A stretch of 64,000 nucleotides of DNA from Octopus vulgaris (taxonomy: Eukaryota): contig OX597827.1 of the NCBI GenBank assembly GCA_951406725.2, positions 186,001 to 250,000 on the forward strand, given 5' to 3'. The notes beneath the pieces are model-generated. The model had not been told where the DNA came from. It saw only the letters and a program-made list of their open reading frames with translations, and made no database searches. Positions 37,965 to 52,097 of the stretch are shown piece by piece. Numbering within the stretch: the first letter of the stretch is position 1; each line of letters opens with the position of its first letter. The position numbers and the translations under genes were made by a program.

Positions 37965-38092
37965 TATGTTCGGTAAATTCACCGTCATCTGTTCACTGTG
38001 GGGGAAGTTCACCGAATGGAATGTTCACTGCGAAGAAAGTTCACCACAAGGTAAGTTTATGGAGAGATAAGTTCAAGGTAAAAGAATAATTA

Positions 38093-38133
<41 letters not shown>

Positions 38134-39300
38134 TCATCAGCATCATCATCTTATTTTTGTGTACCCTTACTGTACTGCCGAGTAAAGTTCGGTGGCCTTC
38201 GAAGTGTTCAATAGTTTATTACTCTTTTTTTTTTAATCAAGGTTGCCTTGATGCATTTGTCACGCCGAATCTCATATCATTTCCTCTACTAAAACCATAT
38301 ATTCTCTGTAGCATTGTTTCTAATTGTTTAGCATCTGCTGCGTACTCTCCGCCAAGTTCACCGTCAACAATTTCCCGCAAGGAAAGCTCACAGTAAGGAA
38401 TGTTCACTGCGAGGGAAGTTCATTGCAAACAAAATATACGGAGAGATAAGTTCACAGTAAAAGAAGTAAAAAAATCTAATTTTCGAACTCTAAAGTGTTT
38501 AATCAACGAATAGGAAATTTCACAGTAAAAAAATAAAGGAAAAAAATAACCTTATCATCAATTTATTCAAAAATTAAATGGGTTTAATCAATCAATTTAA
38601 TGAACAAAATTTTAAAGATTAATGATTTTAATTAAATAAGTAAACCAGATTTCTAATAAGTGATGTTATGCGCTATTCCGCGCAAGTAGTCGCGGATACA
38701 ATTTATTTTCATTGTAACTTTGATTGAGTCTGAATTTGCACAGCAAAAGCAACGTAGGCTTTTTATCCTTTGTTAAGAGCTTCTCCAGAAATGTACCGTT
38801 CAATTTTAATTTCAGTTAGCTTTTGTTCTTTTTTAATGCACTCCAATAATTTCCATATACTGGAATGACAAGACGTCATTTTCTCTTCAAAGGCGCTATG
38901 CTTCCCTTCAACATTATTATTAGTTTTTGGTAAATTACCTCTGACGGAAGAGTAAACATTCCACATTTCGAGGAGATATTTAGGGTGTCTACGACGTTGT
39001 CTTCTGTCTGGACGCCCTCTCCAGGTCTTCGAAATAATCAATAATGTTTTGAGTCTCTGAAAGGAAAATGTCATCATTACACAGCGTTTTAAAAGTATCA
39101 ACATCTTTTCGTACAGACAAACGCCAGAGCACACACGATGCGCATTTTTAAAGCAAACTCAGCGTCTATTCCATAAGCTTGAATTTTTCGGACAATACAC
39201 CGCGAAAAGTGAAAAAAAATATCTAAGATTAACTGATTGGAAAAATGTTACGGCATACTTTAATCATTGCATTCACAAAATCTCTAGTGATTGATAAGAG
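37965..39300 (-). mobile_element. MULE (Mutator-like) transposase relic with subterminal GTTCAC repeats
   Basis: WNVYSSVRGNLPKTNNNVEG.H, HSSIWKLLECIKKEQ, FHFSRCIVRKIQ; repeated AAGTTCAC blocks at 37970-38075 and 38350-38460. Confidence 0.8.
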
Positions 39301-39307
39301 ACTAGAC

Positions 39308-39890
39308 CAGTGGTTCTTAACCTGGGGCGCGCCCCCTATGGGAAGGCATCAGTAGTTTCTAGCGGGGGAGGGGGCAGCCCGTGAGAAAAAGCTGTAATTT
39401 CTCTAATTATATTTGTTATTCTCTTAATGAGAACATGGTCAAATAATGAGAAGTTTATAAAAAAATGCAAAAGTATTGCCTTATACCTTTAGTATTCTTA
39501 TTCTACTATCTTAGCGCCACTTACCATTTTCTTTACTTATTGACCCCCACTTCATATCCCTCAAACCCCTCATTAATTCTGAGTTGTAGCTTTAACATTT
39601 ACCTTTATTTTGTTAATTTTTTTTGTTACAACAAAGAACCACTGGTATAAAGCTTAAATATTATTATCGTGTAAAGCCAAACATCCTTTTCAGTTAATAG
39701 ATTATAAGCAAACTTGATCCACAGTTTTCATATCTATGAAATAATGTGATTCTTAAAAACCAAGAGGCATGCTGAAACATTATCAAATCATTACAGTAAC
39801 ATACTAAGAAATATTAACTTAATTTAAAAAATTGAAACCTATTTTTAAATTTTAGCAAGATGAAAAGTATGATATATCTAAAAATAAGAA
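39308..39890. mobile_element. Probable hAT-type non-autonomous fragment (one end)
   Basis: CAGTGGTTCTTAACCTGGGG start preceded by ACTAGAC; the other end was not found. Confidence 0.5.
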
Positions 39891-39897
39891 ATAAGAC

Positions 39898-40325
39898 AAA
39901 ATGTGCAGGACTTCCGAGAGTTCTGTGTGGAGATGGCTCTTATGACAAGTGCCGGGTTTCCGGGATTTCTGTATTGAGAGAGCTGTCTGGAAAAGTGCCG
40001 GATTTCCGGAAGCTCTATGTGGAGGTGGATGTTGGTAAAAGTGCCGGACTTCCGGGAATTCTGTGTGAAGGTGGCTGTCAGGCAAAGTGCCGGATTTCAG
40101 GTAGTTGTGTGGAGCTGGCTGTCAGGAACAGTGCCGGATTTCCGGGAGTTCTGTGTTGAGGTGGCTGTCGGGAAAATTGCGGGATTTCCGGGAGTACTAT
40201 GTGGAGGTGGCTAAGCACTGTTGGAAAGGCTTTTGCTCGCATTATCCTGTCCAGGCTACAACTGCTTGCTTCTCGAATTTATCCAGAATCGCAGTGTGGC
40301 TTTAGAAGAAACATATCAACGATTG
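39898..40325 (+). repeat. Inverted duplicate of 42881-43308 (43-bp minisatellite plus RTE junction)
   Basis: Near-identical reverse complement; the ORF track gives near-identical peptides at both sites. Confidence 0.93.
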
Positions 40326-40527
40326 ATCAATTTAATAAAGTTAAAAAAATATTAAAACACAGATTGGAAAAATAAAAGATTTTAACAATAAAATCCAAAT
40401 TTTTAATATTAGATGTTTATATTAAAAAATATAGTAAATTTTTTGTAAGAAAAAAATTACAATATATAGCCAAATGTTAAACTAAAATTCAGATTTAAAT
40501 ATTACAGAAAGTACCATATATATATAT

Positions 40528-40757
40528 ATAAATTAGTAATGCAATACTACAGTATTGCTTTCCAGTAAAGAATAGCCCGTGAGGGAAAAATACACAAAGT
40601 AGTAAATAATACGACATTAGCGTCGTATTATTACGTTCGCTATTTCCAGTAAATATCGGTACTTCGTTGTGCCATATATTTACTACTTTGTGTATTTTTC
40701 CCTCACGGGCTATTCTTTACTGGAAAGCAATACTGTAGTATTGCATTACTAATTTAT
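40528..40757. repeat. Perfect 81-bp inverted repeat with a 68-bp spacer
   Basis: 40528-40608 is the reverse complement of 40677-40757. Confidence 0.93.
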
Positions 40758-41118
40758 TGAAGCTTCTTCACCGTTTTCGTGCTGTTGGCGTTTCGGCGTT
40801 TCAGTCGAGTGTAATGGCTCTAATGTGGTAACATCTGAGATTTTGTCATGGTATATGCTTGGCTGATGAAGATAGAACAAGATTATGGGTGGCAGACATA
40901 TCTTGTAAAATCTGTAACCTGCAGGTCCCACATTATCCTTTTCCAGGTATTTCATCTTTCAGATGTTCTCCCTGGAGGTAAGACAATTTTTTCTAGTTTG
41001 TTGCACACACGCATTTTTGCTAATACACACGCGGTGGAGCTATACATTAGCGCCGTATTATTACGTTCGCTATTTCCAGTAAATATCGGTACTTCGTTGT
41101 GCCATATATTTACTACTT

Positions 41119-41188
<70 letters not shown>

Positions 41189-41464
41189 TACACACACATA
41201 CAAAGATAAATTGATAGATACAACTGAGTGGGCAAACAAAAATATGAGACACAGCCTAGTGCTTTTTTTATGTTGATAAGCCTGGTACTTATTCTATTAG
41301 TTTGTTTTTGTGAAACCAGTAAGTTATGTGGATGTAAATAAATTAACAGCAGTTGTGAAGCAGTGGTGAGGGAGAAACACAAAGACACACACATAGACTT
41401 ACATATATACATACATATATGATTGATTTGTTTCAGTTCCTGTCTACGAAATCCATATATAATG

Positions 41465-42995
41465 TTGTTGGCATCCTTTTTGTCTCGGGAGACAATGGAG
41501 TTGCGCATAAAATAATCTAGTCCGGCTTTTACATTTCATGTTCTAATACATCTCCTGCTGTGGCTGTGTAGTCCTATCCTGGACAAACACTCCCTCTGGC
41601 AGGTGCCGCAAATGTAACGAAGACTTTGCCTGGCTGGTTGTAATGTCATAGTTTCTTGTTGACGTCTTTTCTTGTCTTTCCATTTCTCCTCTCTCTCTAT
41701 GTCACTCCTTTGTGTCCCCTCTTTTACGGTACGTCTCCAATCTCCACGGTTGCTGGCAACTGCTTCCCAGTTGGTAATATTGATGTTGCAGGCATTCATG
41801 TCCCTTTTGCAAACATCCTTGTATCATAAGAACGGTCTTCCCACAGACCTAGGGCCCCTAGCAAGCTCTCCGTTGAGTATGTCCTTCGGGATTCTGCCAT
41901 CATCCATACGGCTAACATGTTCAAGCCATCTCATACATCTTTGTGTGAGGAGTGCAAACATGCTTGGTATTCCTGCTTGCTTGAGGACATCTTTGTTGGG
42001 GACATGATTCTGCCATTTGATGCGAAGGATTTTCCGGAGGCAGCGCAGGTGAAAGATATTTAGGCGACGCTCTTGGCGTGTGTGTGGCGTCCAAGTCTCA
42101 CTTCCATACAGTTGAGTGCTAAGTACACATGCCTGGTAAATCTTCATTTTTGTGGTCTTGGTCAGCTTATTGTTGTCCCATGTCCGTTTGGAGAGTTGGG
42201 CCATCACAGCAGCTGCCTTGCCAATGCGTATATTGAGCTCAGCATCTAGGGATAGGTTGTAGGTGATGGTAGAGCCAAGATAGGCAAACTCCAACTCCTG
42301 TAGTCTGTGGTCTCCAATATGTATGTTTGGGATGTCCAATGTAACCTGACCCATGATGTTGGTCTTCTTGAGGCTGATAAATAAGCCAAAGTTGCTACAT
42401 GCTTGCTCAAAACAGTTGATGAACCTTTGTAGGGCTTCTTTTGTGTGTAATACCAGAGCAGCAGCAGCAGTAGCAGCAAATAGCATCTCCTTGATCAAGA
42501 CGCTTCTGATTTTGGTTTTGGCATGCAGACGCGAGAGATTGAACAGTTTCCCATCACTTCTACTGTGCAGAAACACTCCATCATCTGATGTCTCAAAGGC
42601 ATGTGACAGCAGCTGCGAGAAGAAAATGCCAAATAATGTAGGAGCAAGGACACAACCTTGCTTTTCTCCATTTTTTATTTGGAAGGCGGCTGATGTTGAA
42701 CCATTGTGTTGTATGGTGCCTTGCATATCATCATGGAAAGATTTGATGATCCTCAGCAGCTTTGGTGGACATCCGATTTTTTGGAGCAGGATGAAGAGGC
42801 CTTTTCTACTTACCAAGTCAAAGGCCTTTGTCAGATCAATGAAGGCCATATATAATAGCCTTTTCATGGAGAATATCATGTCAATAGTTGATATGTTTCT
42901 TCTAAAGACACACTGCGATTCTGTATAAATTCGAGAAGCAAGCAGTTGTAGCCTGGACAGGATAATGCGAGCAAAGGCCTTTCCAACAGTGCTTA
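41465..42995 (-). mobile_element. RTE-clade LINE, 5'-truncated, with a long open RT frame
   Basis: FIDLTKAFD, KQGCVLAPTLF, EMLFA(DD lost), YLGS, LYGSETWT, RWLEHVSRM, CGTCQRECLSRIGLHSH. Confidence 0.94.
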
Positions 42996-43610
42996 GCCAC
43001 CTCCACATAGTACTCCCGGAAATCCCGCAATTTTCCCGACAGCCACCTCAACACAGAACTCCCGGAAATCCGGCACTGTTCCTGACAGCCAGCTCCACAC
43101 AACTACCTGAAATCCGGCACTTTGCCTGACAGCCACCTTCACACAGAATTCCCGGAAGTCCGGCACTTTTACCAACATCCACCTCCACACAGAGCTTCCG
43201 GAAATCCGGCACTTTTCCAGACAGCTCTCTCAATACAGAAATCCCGGAAACCCGGCACTTGTCATGAGAGCCATCTCCACACAGAACTCTCGGAAGTCCT
43301 GCACATTTACCGACAGCCACCTCCAAACAGAACTCCCGAAAGTCTGGTACTTTTACCGACAGCCACCCCAACACAGAACTCCCGGAAATCCGGCATTTTG
43401 CCCGACAGCCACCTCCACACAGAACTCCCGGAAATCCGGCACTTATCCCGACAGCCACTTCAATGCAGATCTCCCGGAAATCTGGCACTCTTCATGACAG
43501 CCATCTCCACACAGAACTCGCAGAATCCCAGCACTTTTTCCGACAGTCAATATCACAGAGAACTCACGGAAATCCGGCACTATTCCCGACAGCCACCTCC
43601 ACACAGAACT
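42996..43610. repeat. About 43-bp GC-rich minisatellite, about 14 diverged copies
   Basis: Unit approximates CCACCTCCACACAGAACTCCCGGAAATCCGGCACTTTNCCGACAG. Confidence 0.92.
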
Positions 43611-43679
43611 GGTCTGTATTCTAGCAACTATAATTTCAGAACATCCCACTCCATTGCTAATTAGATCACCTAGGTAACA

Positions 43680-44360
43680 GAAACCTCTACTACCTCAAAG
43701 GATCCTCCTGGGCATTTGAGAAAATCTATTTTACATGTTTCGTAGTGTTTATTGTTCATGTGCATCTGCCACAAACTCCTGCCTGCACATTAAATTTGTC
43801 ACTATACTCATTATTAACCCTCACCTTATAAACACAATCTATGTACATGGCTTTGATGGCTCTCACAAGCCATTCATCTGCTACCTCCCTCAGTGATCGT
43901 CAGATCAAGGAGCAAAGGACCCTGTCAAAGAGTTTTCTCTATGTTAATAAAAGCTAAGTACAGCAGTTTAATTTTGGCTAAATACTTCTCCTGCAGTTGC
44001 TTTACTGGGAAGAAAGCATGAGTAGTACTTCTCCTTGGCACAAAACCAGACTGCATCACATCTAATCTTACTTTCTTCCTAATTAGTTGAGCTGTAACTT
44101 GCATAATTTTGTCCAGCAATTTGATACCTCTGTAATTACTCCTCTCAGAGACAACTCCTTTACTCTCGTAACAGTTGACTTTAATACTGCTACACTAGTT
44201 GTTGGGTATGATATTTTTATGTATAGCCTGATGAACTATATGAGTGACTAGGCCATATCCCATTCTGCCAAATACTTTAAGCATCTCAACAGAAATTCCT
44301 TATGGATCAAGGACTTTCCTTGTCTTTATATCCTTAATTGCTTTATCTATTATATTACTG
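43680..44360 (-). mobile_element. RTE-group LINE RT relic
   Basis: NYRGIKLLD, MQSGFVPRRSTTHAFF, QLQEKYL, LYLAFINIEK. Confidence 0.82.
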
Positions 44361-45350
44361 TTGACTAGAAGGCTCTTTTTTGCTCAGTTAACTAGTAGAC
44401 TGAGCTATAGAAGAATACAGATGCAAAACTAAAATACTACACATCAATGAGTACACCTAATAAAAATACACAAACCACACATAAAAATCTATTATGTGGA
44501 TCAAATGCATAAACACTATTGAACAGATGAGCATATGAGGAAAACCCTCACAAAACAGAATACAAAATGCAACACACTTGATCAGGAACTTAAACTAATA
44601 ATATTCTGCAAAAACACCAAAACAAAGAACCTTTATCTATAACACACCACAAACATGTAAACCTGAGTACTAGTTACAAATGACTAATATAGTCTATAAA
44701 TTTGACTACAAAATTGTTGGCATGCTGGGAAAAATGCTCAGCTGCATTTTGTCTGTCTGTACATTCTGAGTTCAAATTCTACTGAGGTTGACTTCACCTT
44801 TCATCCTTCCAAGATCGACAAAATAAGTACCAGTTGGGCACTGGGATCAATGTAACCAACTTACCTCAGTACCTCAAAATTGCTGGCCTTGTACCAAAAT
44901 TTGAAATTATGATAATAATAATAATAATTATTATTACTATTATTATTATTATTATTATTATTATTAGCAGTAGCAACAGCAGAAATAATAGTATTTTAAA
45001 GATGCCAATCTAGTAAAATCAAAACCTGCAGGGACATTTGTCTGCCTTTACATTCAAATTCTACCTGGGTCATCTTTGCCTTTCATCCTTTTTTCTCCAA
45101 GATTTTATTGGTTTTGAATTGTTTTTAATGCTTGGTGGGTGTCAGCCCTATGCAAACCTGGTTATATCACTGGGAAGAGGTGGTCTGTATTTGTTTGACC
45201 TGTCTAACATGGGAGGCCTTACCAGGAGTTTGCATTCCACTGGTATAGCTCTCAGGGTTACTGAAGCACATAAGCACTACACTGCAACAAAGACTGGATC
45301 ATGTGGTGGTTTTATATGCACACACATTTTAAATTATGTGCATGTGAGCG

Positions 45351-45387
<37 letters not shown>

Positions 45388-47061
45388 AATGGCACAGGAT
45401 CACAGTGTCATTGATTTGGTTCTTTGATTGGAACACGTGTTGAGTCCTTGAGCAAAGCATTTCATACCATATTATTCTTACCATGTTATACTCAGATGAA
45501 CTGAATAGCAATGAAATGCTGGTAGATAATGAGAGAAGGAGCATAAATGGAGACAGGAGTACGTGGGTGGTGGAGGCAGAAATTCAACCACTTCTAAGGA
45601 ACAACAGCTATTATAATAGTGAGAAAGGTAGAAAGGGGATGTAGCAGACTTATGACCCAGAGGCTGAAGCATGTCTGTGAGCGATTTCACACCAATCAGT
45701 TGTGTAGCCTAGCCTTGAAGAGAAGGGCATCCCAGGTATGTTAACAATCTGCTTTCACCAGGATAGATCCTTGGTGATAATGAGATCCAACAAGATAGAC
45801 ATATCATCTGTTGCACTTATATTTCTGAATCAGCTGTAGAGATAAAGCTTGATTACATCATTTATTTGTATATGCAACTTTCCATGTGAAGAGACTCCTT
45901 GTCTCTAATTTTGCTTATCTATCTTTTCTGCGTTTATATATCTTATCATCAGAACATTCCATGATTACTGCATATTTTTCTTGCTACTGGTACCAATTGG
46001 TTGGGAGTTAGAAATGGGAGCTACAATTATTTATATTACCTTAAATATTATTGCTATTCATTATTTTTTTTTCCTTTCCAATTTTCTAATTTCAAACACC
46101 TTCTTGTATTGAATACAATGTTGATCTGCAATGAATATTTTTACAAAAAATATTTTTAAAAATAACCACCTAAAAACATGTGTAACATCAGTGTGCCATT
46201 GGTGAAGTGTAGAGTTCATTGAAGAGACAGCAACAACAACAATAATAATAATAATAATAACAGAAAGGGCCTAAATCAATGGTTTGATTAAACCAGTTAT
46301 TATTTACTATTTTTTGGTTGTTTATTTCATTCTTTCATTTCCCAGCTTTTTTTAAAAATTTTATTTACCTAATTATCTCTGCTAAAATGCTTGTGGTATT
46401 CTTTATATTCAAAGATCCTTACTTTCTGGGAAGAAAAGAAATAATAATAAGAATAATCAATAAAACAAAATCAATAACATAAAAAAAAAATTGAAAATCA
46501 TTTGAATGTTTGGTAAAATACTGAGAACCCAATTTTTAAAACCAATATTGAACTATACCTTGGGGTCTACAATTTTTTTTGTCTTATTTTCCAGATTATA
46601 AAGACTGTAACTTTGCAACATAAAAAAAATGAATAAATGAAACGTATTGTTTCTTAAATAAAATAACCAACATTTTAGATTAAAATATATATGTATACCA
46701 CTCACTTCTTTCTTACTTTAACCCTTTATTCCTTAGTATAAAACCCTACCACACAAAACCATTTCTTTTAGGATTCATTGTTTGGTGAGCTGCATGGGAA
46801 CCTAATTGTGCTCATGGTAAAAAAAAAAAAAGAAGCAATTTGTATGCATTGTAAGGTAGTTGGTAGCAGGAACCATGCCAAAGTGGACACTGGAGTACAG
46901 TGGAGTCCTTGGACCTATCAGATCTCGTCAAACTGTCCAACCCTTGCCCATATGGAACATGGACCTTAAATAGAGATGATTGTGTTGACAATAATGTTGA
47001 TGTTGTATGTATGTATATCTCTGAATGCATACATATATATCTGCCCATCCGTCTGTCCGTC

Positions 47062-47092
<31 letters not shown>

Positions 47093-47401
47093 TGACTTTG
47101 CCTTTCATTCTTTTGGGGTTTATAAAATAAGTACCAGTTGAGCACTGGGGGCTGACATAATTGACTTACTCCCAACCAATATTAAATCAATCAAACAAAG
47201 CTACAGATAATATGTTTTACCTGTTACTTGATTCAGTCATTGGACACAGAGGGGCACCACCTTGAAGGGAGCATCGGAACAGTACACCCATTACTTATTT
47301 TTCAAGTCTATTACTCATGCTATTGGTCTCTTTTGTTGAACTAAGCTATGGGAACATAAACACATCAACACTAATTGTCAAGCAGTGGTGTAGGGAGTGA
47401 A

Positions 47402-47740
47402 GGCACATGGCTCAGTGGTTAGAGCGTCGAGCTTACGATCATGAGGTTGTGAGCTCGAATCTCAGACCAGGCTGCGTGTTGTGTTCTTCAGCAAGACACT
47501 TTATTTCACGTTGCTCCAGTTCACTCAGCTGTAGAAATGAGTTGCGACGTCACTGGTGCCAAGCTGTATCGACCTTTGTCTTTCCCTTGGATAATACTGG
47601 TGGCATGGAGAGGGAAGGCTGGTATGCATGGGCGACTGCTGGTCTTCCATAAACAACCTTGCCCGGACTTGTGCCTGGGAGGGTAACTTTCTAGGTGCAG
47701 TCCCATGGTCTGTGTCGTGACCGAAGGGGGTCTCATGTGT
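47402..47740 (+). mobile_element. tRNA-derived SINE, third family
   Basis: TGGCTCAGTGGTTAGAGCG A box and GCTCGAATC B box, followed by a non-tRNA body. Confidence 0.75.
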
Positions 47741-47759
47741 AGGGAGACATACACACACA

Positions 47760-48322
47760 CAATGAGCTTTCGGAAAGTTTCAGTCCACCAAATTCATGCA
47801 CAAGGCATTGGTTGGCCTAGGACTAAGGTAGAACATACTTGCCCAGGGTGCCATGCAGTGGCACCATGTGGTTGAAAAGCGAGCTTCTTAACCACACATC
47901 TGCCTATTCATCTTTTACCTTTTACTTGTTTCAGTCTTTAGACTACAGCCATGCTGGAGCACCACCTTGAAGAACTTTTAATTGAATAACTTGCCCCCAG
48001 GACTTAATTTTTACATTTTTTTAAAGTCTGGACCCTTTTGTCAAACTGCTAAGTTACAGCGATGTAAACAAATCAAAACCGGTTGTCAAGTGGTGGTTTG
48101 GGACAAGCACAAAGATACACACACGCATGCACGCACACACACACATACACACACATATGAGGGGCTTCTTTCAGTTTCTGTATATCAAATTCACTCACAA
48201 GGCTTTGGTTGGCCTAAAACTATAATAGAAGACACTTGCCCAAGGTGTCCCGTAGTGGAACTGAACATGAAACCATGTGATTGGGAAGCAAGCTTCTTAC
48301 TACACAGCTACACCTGTGCCTA
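47760..48322 (-). mobile_element. Two adjacent SINE copies
   Basis: Homologous to 15855-16254. Confidence 0.78.
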
Positions 48323-48702
48323 TTACAAAAAAAAAGGGAGAAAACCTAAAATGGGTTGATGTACCACAAAGTCCCATTTTATTGAAATAGGAAGTAAGCA
48401 ATGCAGTGATGGGGAAAATAATCCGATTTTATTGATCTTGTTTTTTTTTTCCATTGAGTCAATAAGTAACAACAATGTGTGAGTTATTAACCACACCTCT
48501 TTCCTGATTGAAGATCAAATCTTGGCCCATTTTGCTCCAACTCTTATGCATCTGAGAACTATGTTCCCTATAGAATAAAATTTATTTATATATTTAGTTT
48601 CATTTAAATGAAACCAAGCTAGCAGCCTGCAGGCTGATTTCTTATGTGGAACATCGAGGTCAGTGGTGTATTCTTGTGAGTCTGTGAGATGTTAAGTGTC
48701 AT

Positions 48703-48743
<41 letters not shown>

Positions 48744-50260
48744 GCAGTTAAAAACAACAGCAGAGATTTCAGTGTTTATTTACAACCAAAATGTCACCTT
48801 CCAATAAACATTATTTTTTTTTTGCATCTGGTTATGATGGCTGAGTGCAATGTTAATGTGGAGATGGATGTGGTGGTGAAATGTAGTCTTTGTTAAGGTG
48901 GTGGTAGTGGTAGTGGTACTGATAGAAGTGGGGTGTAGTAGTGGTGGTGATATTGGTGTTGGTGACAGTGATGATGGCGAGGGTAACTATGTTAAGTAGT
49001 GGATGTAGTCTTATATAGCAGAGCTGAGAGTATTTCTATTGGAGGTGGTTTATGTGTTAACAGTGGTGGTGGAAGTATCTATTTAGGGATAAGAGACGAG
49101 GGGCTGTACTGGTCTAATTTAGGGAAATACTTGTTATGGTTTATATAAGTGGTTATTATTTAACCCCAGGTCATCCTTGACTGAACAGACTTATGGTCAA
49201 AGGTGTTTCACCTATGATTATACCAACTTAAGATCGCAAAGCATAAGCTTATAGAAATTTGGCTACTATTTCTAGCAGGTTGAGTAACAAGCAGAGGCAC
49301 TTGTTAGCTTGTAAAAGAAATGGTTGGTGGTGGGGCATTTATTGGTGATCTGCTTAGAAGGGGATACTGTTGGTGTAGTAGTGGTATGAGTACGGTGGTC
49401 TATGTCACAGTGGTTAGCCCTTTTTGCTGTATTATATATCTGTGGGTGGTCTCTGTGGTTGTACAAGTGGTCTATATACTGTTGTCTAACTAACAGTTTA
49501 TACAACAGTGCAGGTAGGACGTAGCAAAGTGTTGTAGAATTACATCTACAGAAATAATAAAATTGCTAGGGGTGGACAAAATATCTTGGCAGTAGAATTT
49601 GGTTAGGGCTCTTTATATTCTGTGTTTTGGGTTCAAACCCCAGTTTGGTCAACTTAACCTTTCAGCCTTTCAGGAATTAAGGGGAGGATGGGCCATTAAA
49701 ATGAAGTACGAGTCAAGTACTGAAATCAATTTAAATATTCCTGTAAAAACATCCTAGATATGAATGGAATTATAGTGGAAGACACACGCATATATACACA
49801 CACACGCACAAAAGCGCGAGCGAGCGAGCGCACATACACACACACAATCGTCCCAGTATGTTAAAGATTCAGGTCATTGGGTTTTTTTATTGTCTTTTTG
49901 TGTTTGGTCAGATACAAAATGGTAAGTTGTACTACACTAGGCTAGCACGGTTTGATAAAAAATGTCTTTGAAGAGAGATTACACGGATTCTTGTAAGCTA
50001 GTCTTTGGCTGAGAAGTAGATAGATGAAAGAGAGTAAAATAGAGTGAGAAAGAGAGGAGGGATAAAAAAATATTTAAAACTAAATCGATAATTCTCTTTA
50101 CGGTTTTATATTCTCCAACAGAATATATCGTCAGCAGTATTGCATTTGAAGAACCGATTCTAAGAAAAGAAAAGGGAAAAAAGATCATAAATAAACAAAC
50201 ACCACCAACACCAAATATAGAGCTGCTGCATTCCATTCTCCAAGTAGGAAAGACAGCACG

Positions 50261-50311
<51 letters not shown>

Positions 50312-51494
50312 ATCACATACGCGCACGCTTTCTTTAAACAAGGGAGATAACCCTGAATTAATTATCGATTTTAATTGCAACTCACCTGAATATTTTCTTT
50401 GCTTTGATATTTTTATTAAATTCATTTTGATTAAGGATATATTTAAGTTGTTTTATTTACTTTATAAATATCTAACATCAAAGAAATTAAGCGTGTTGTT
50501 GTATGTAAAGTGTTTGTCAAGACCTGAATTACATTTTTCGGATATTCGAAGAGCGTGGCTGTGTGGTTAAGACGTTCGGGTTTTTTTTAACTACTCATAT
50601 ACAGGCTCAAATCCACTGTGCGGTACATAGGGCAAGTGTTTTTTTTTTCCGTAGCTTTCAGTCAACCAAAGTTCTCTGAGTGAAATCTGGTAGTAATCCA
50701 GGATAGTCTATTCTAGAATAATAATCATAGATGGCGTGTTCACAGTATGGAGTGCTTTTGATCATATGTCTGATCAAGTTTGACTTGTAGGCATTGGGGG
50801 ACTGGGTCTAAAAAGATTGGTTGCCAGGAGACTAAGCAACTACATTTTGTTAAAAGTATTCTTTACAACTGTCTACAAACACAGACTGGATGAAATAATG
50901 CATTCTTCTAGGAGTGAATAAAAAAAAATTCAAACTTGAGGAGATGTGCCCCTTAGATACTAACATGAGGCCCCATATATGGATTCTAATGGCGCAGGTG
51001 CCCACTTGCATGGGGAAAGCTGGTAACCTGGCCAGTCCACCACTGTTTGCGGGTCAGTGTTGTCTTAAGGCATGGGGGCACTGGGTAGTTTCCTGGCAGC
51101 TTCACGGATCTTGGGGCCCAATTCTAATCTATGTATGCTATGATGTTGTCAATAGAGAAATACTATAGGGCTCAGTGCATCGAATTGTCTGGGAATATAT
51201 AACGCTGCTGGAGTGTTAAGAAAAAAAAACACAAACAGGAATCAGCAGATATTAATGCCAGGATTATGATACATGAAAATCGGCAATGGTGAACAAACAA
51301 ACAAAAAAAAAAAAAAGAAAAGAAATCGTAAATGGATCATTAGGGAAAGGCACAAATGGTCGCAGACACAGTTATGTGGTTCAGAAATTCGTACCGCAGT
51401 TTGCAAGTATAATAAGCGCAATGCTTATTATGCTATATCTCCTTGAAGTGATCAGTATTTTGGTATCGATAGAGGGAAAGTGAGCAGAACATCG

Positions 51495-51644
51495 TCTGTG
51501 TGGTAAGAAGCTTGCTTCCCAACCACATGGTTCCGGGTTCAGTCACACAGCGTGGTATCATGGGCAAGTGTCATCTCTTATAGCCTTAGGCATTGTCAGT
51601 GGATTTAGTAGACGGAAATTGAAAGAAGCCCCTCGTATAAATGC

Positions 51645-51709
<65 letters not shown>

Positions 51710-51725
51710 TATAGATATATATAGG

Positions 51726-51797
<72 letters not shown>

Positions 51798-52097
51798 AAT
51801 GACAAGACAACCAAAGAATGAGAGAGACCTTGATATTATGTAAACAGAGGAATTTATCTGTAAAAACTCGGAGTTTTATCATGGCTACCGAATAATTGTC
51901 ACATATTATATATGTGTGTGTGTGCATCTGTTTGTCACCCACCACCGCTCGACAACCAGTGTTGGTGTGTTTACGTCCCTGTAACTTAGCTATTCTAGGC
52001 TTTTAAAAAAAGTCCTGGGGTTGATTTGTTCGACTAAAACCCTTCAAAGCGGTACCCCAGCATACCCACAGTTAAATTACTGAAACAAGTAAAAGAT
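51495..52097 (+). mobile_element. SINE with internal (TA)n(GATA)n
   Basis: Head CTGTGTGGTAAGAAGCTTGCTTCCCAACC...GGTTCAGTC; tail CTGAAACAAGTAAAAG. Confidence 0.8.

Noticed and set aside
40758-40985. Possible exon between the palindrome and its duplicate
   Set aside because: Splice-like signals occur on both strands with no consistent frame or recognisable protein.
47402-47475. tRNA gene
   Set aside because: A/B boxes are present but the acceptor stem is poor, there is no T-run terminator, and it continues into a SINE body.
50930-51200. Possible further zinc-knuckle ORF1 relic on the minus strand (KGHISS)
   Set aside because: Too degenerate to support by eye.
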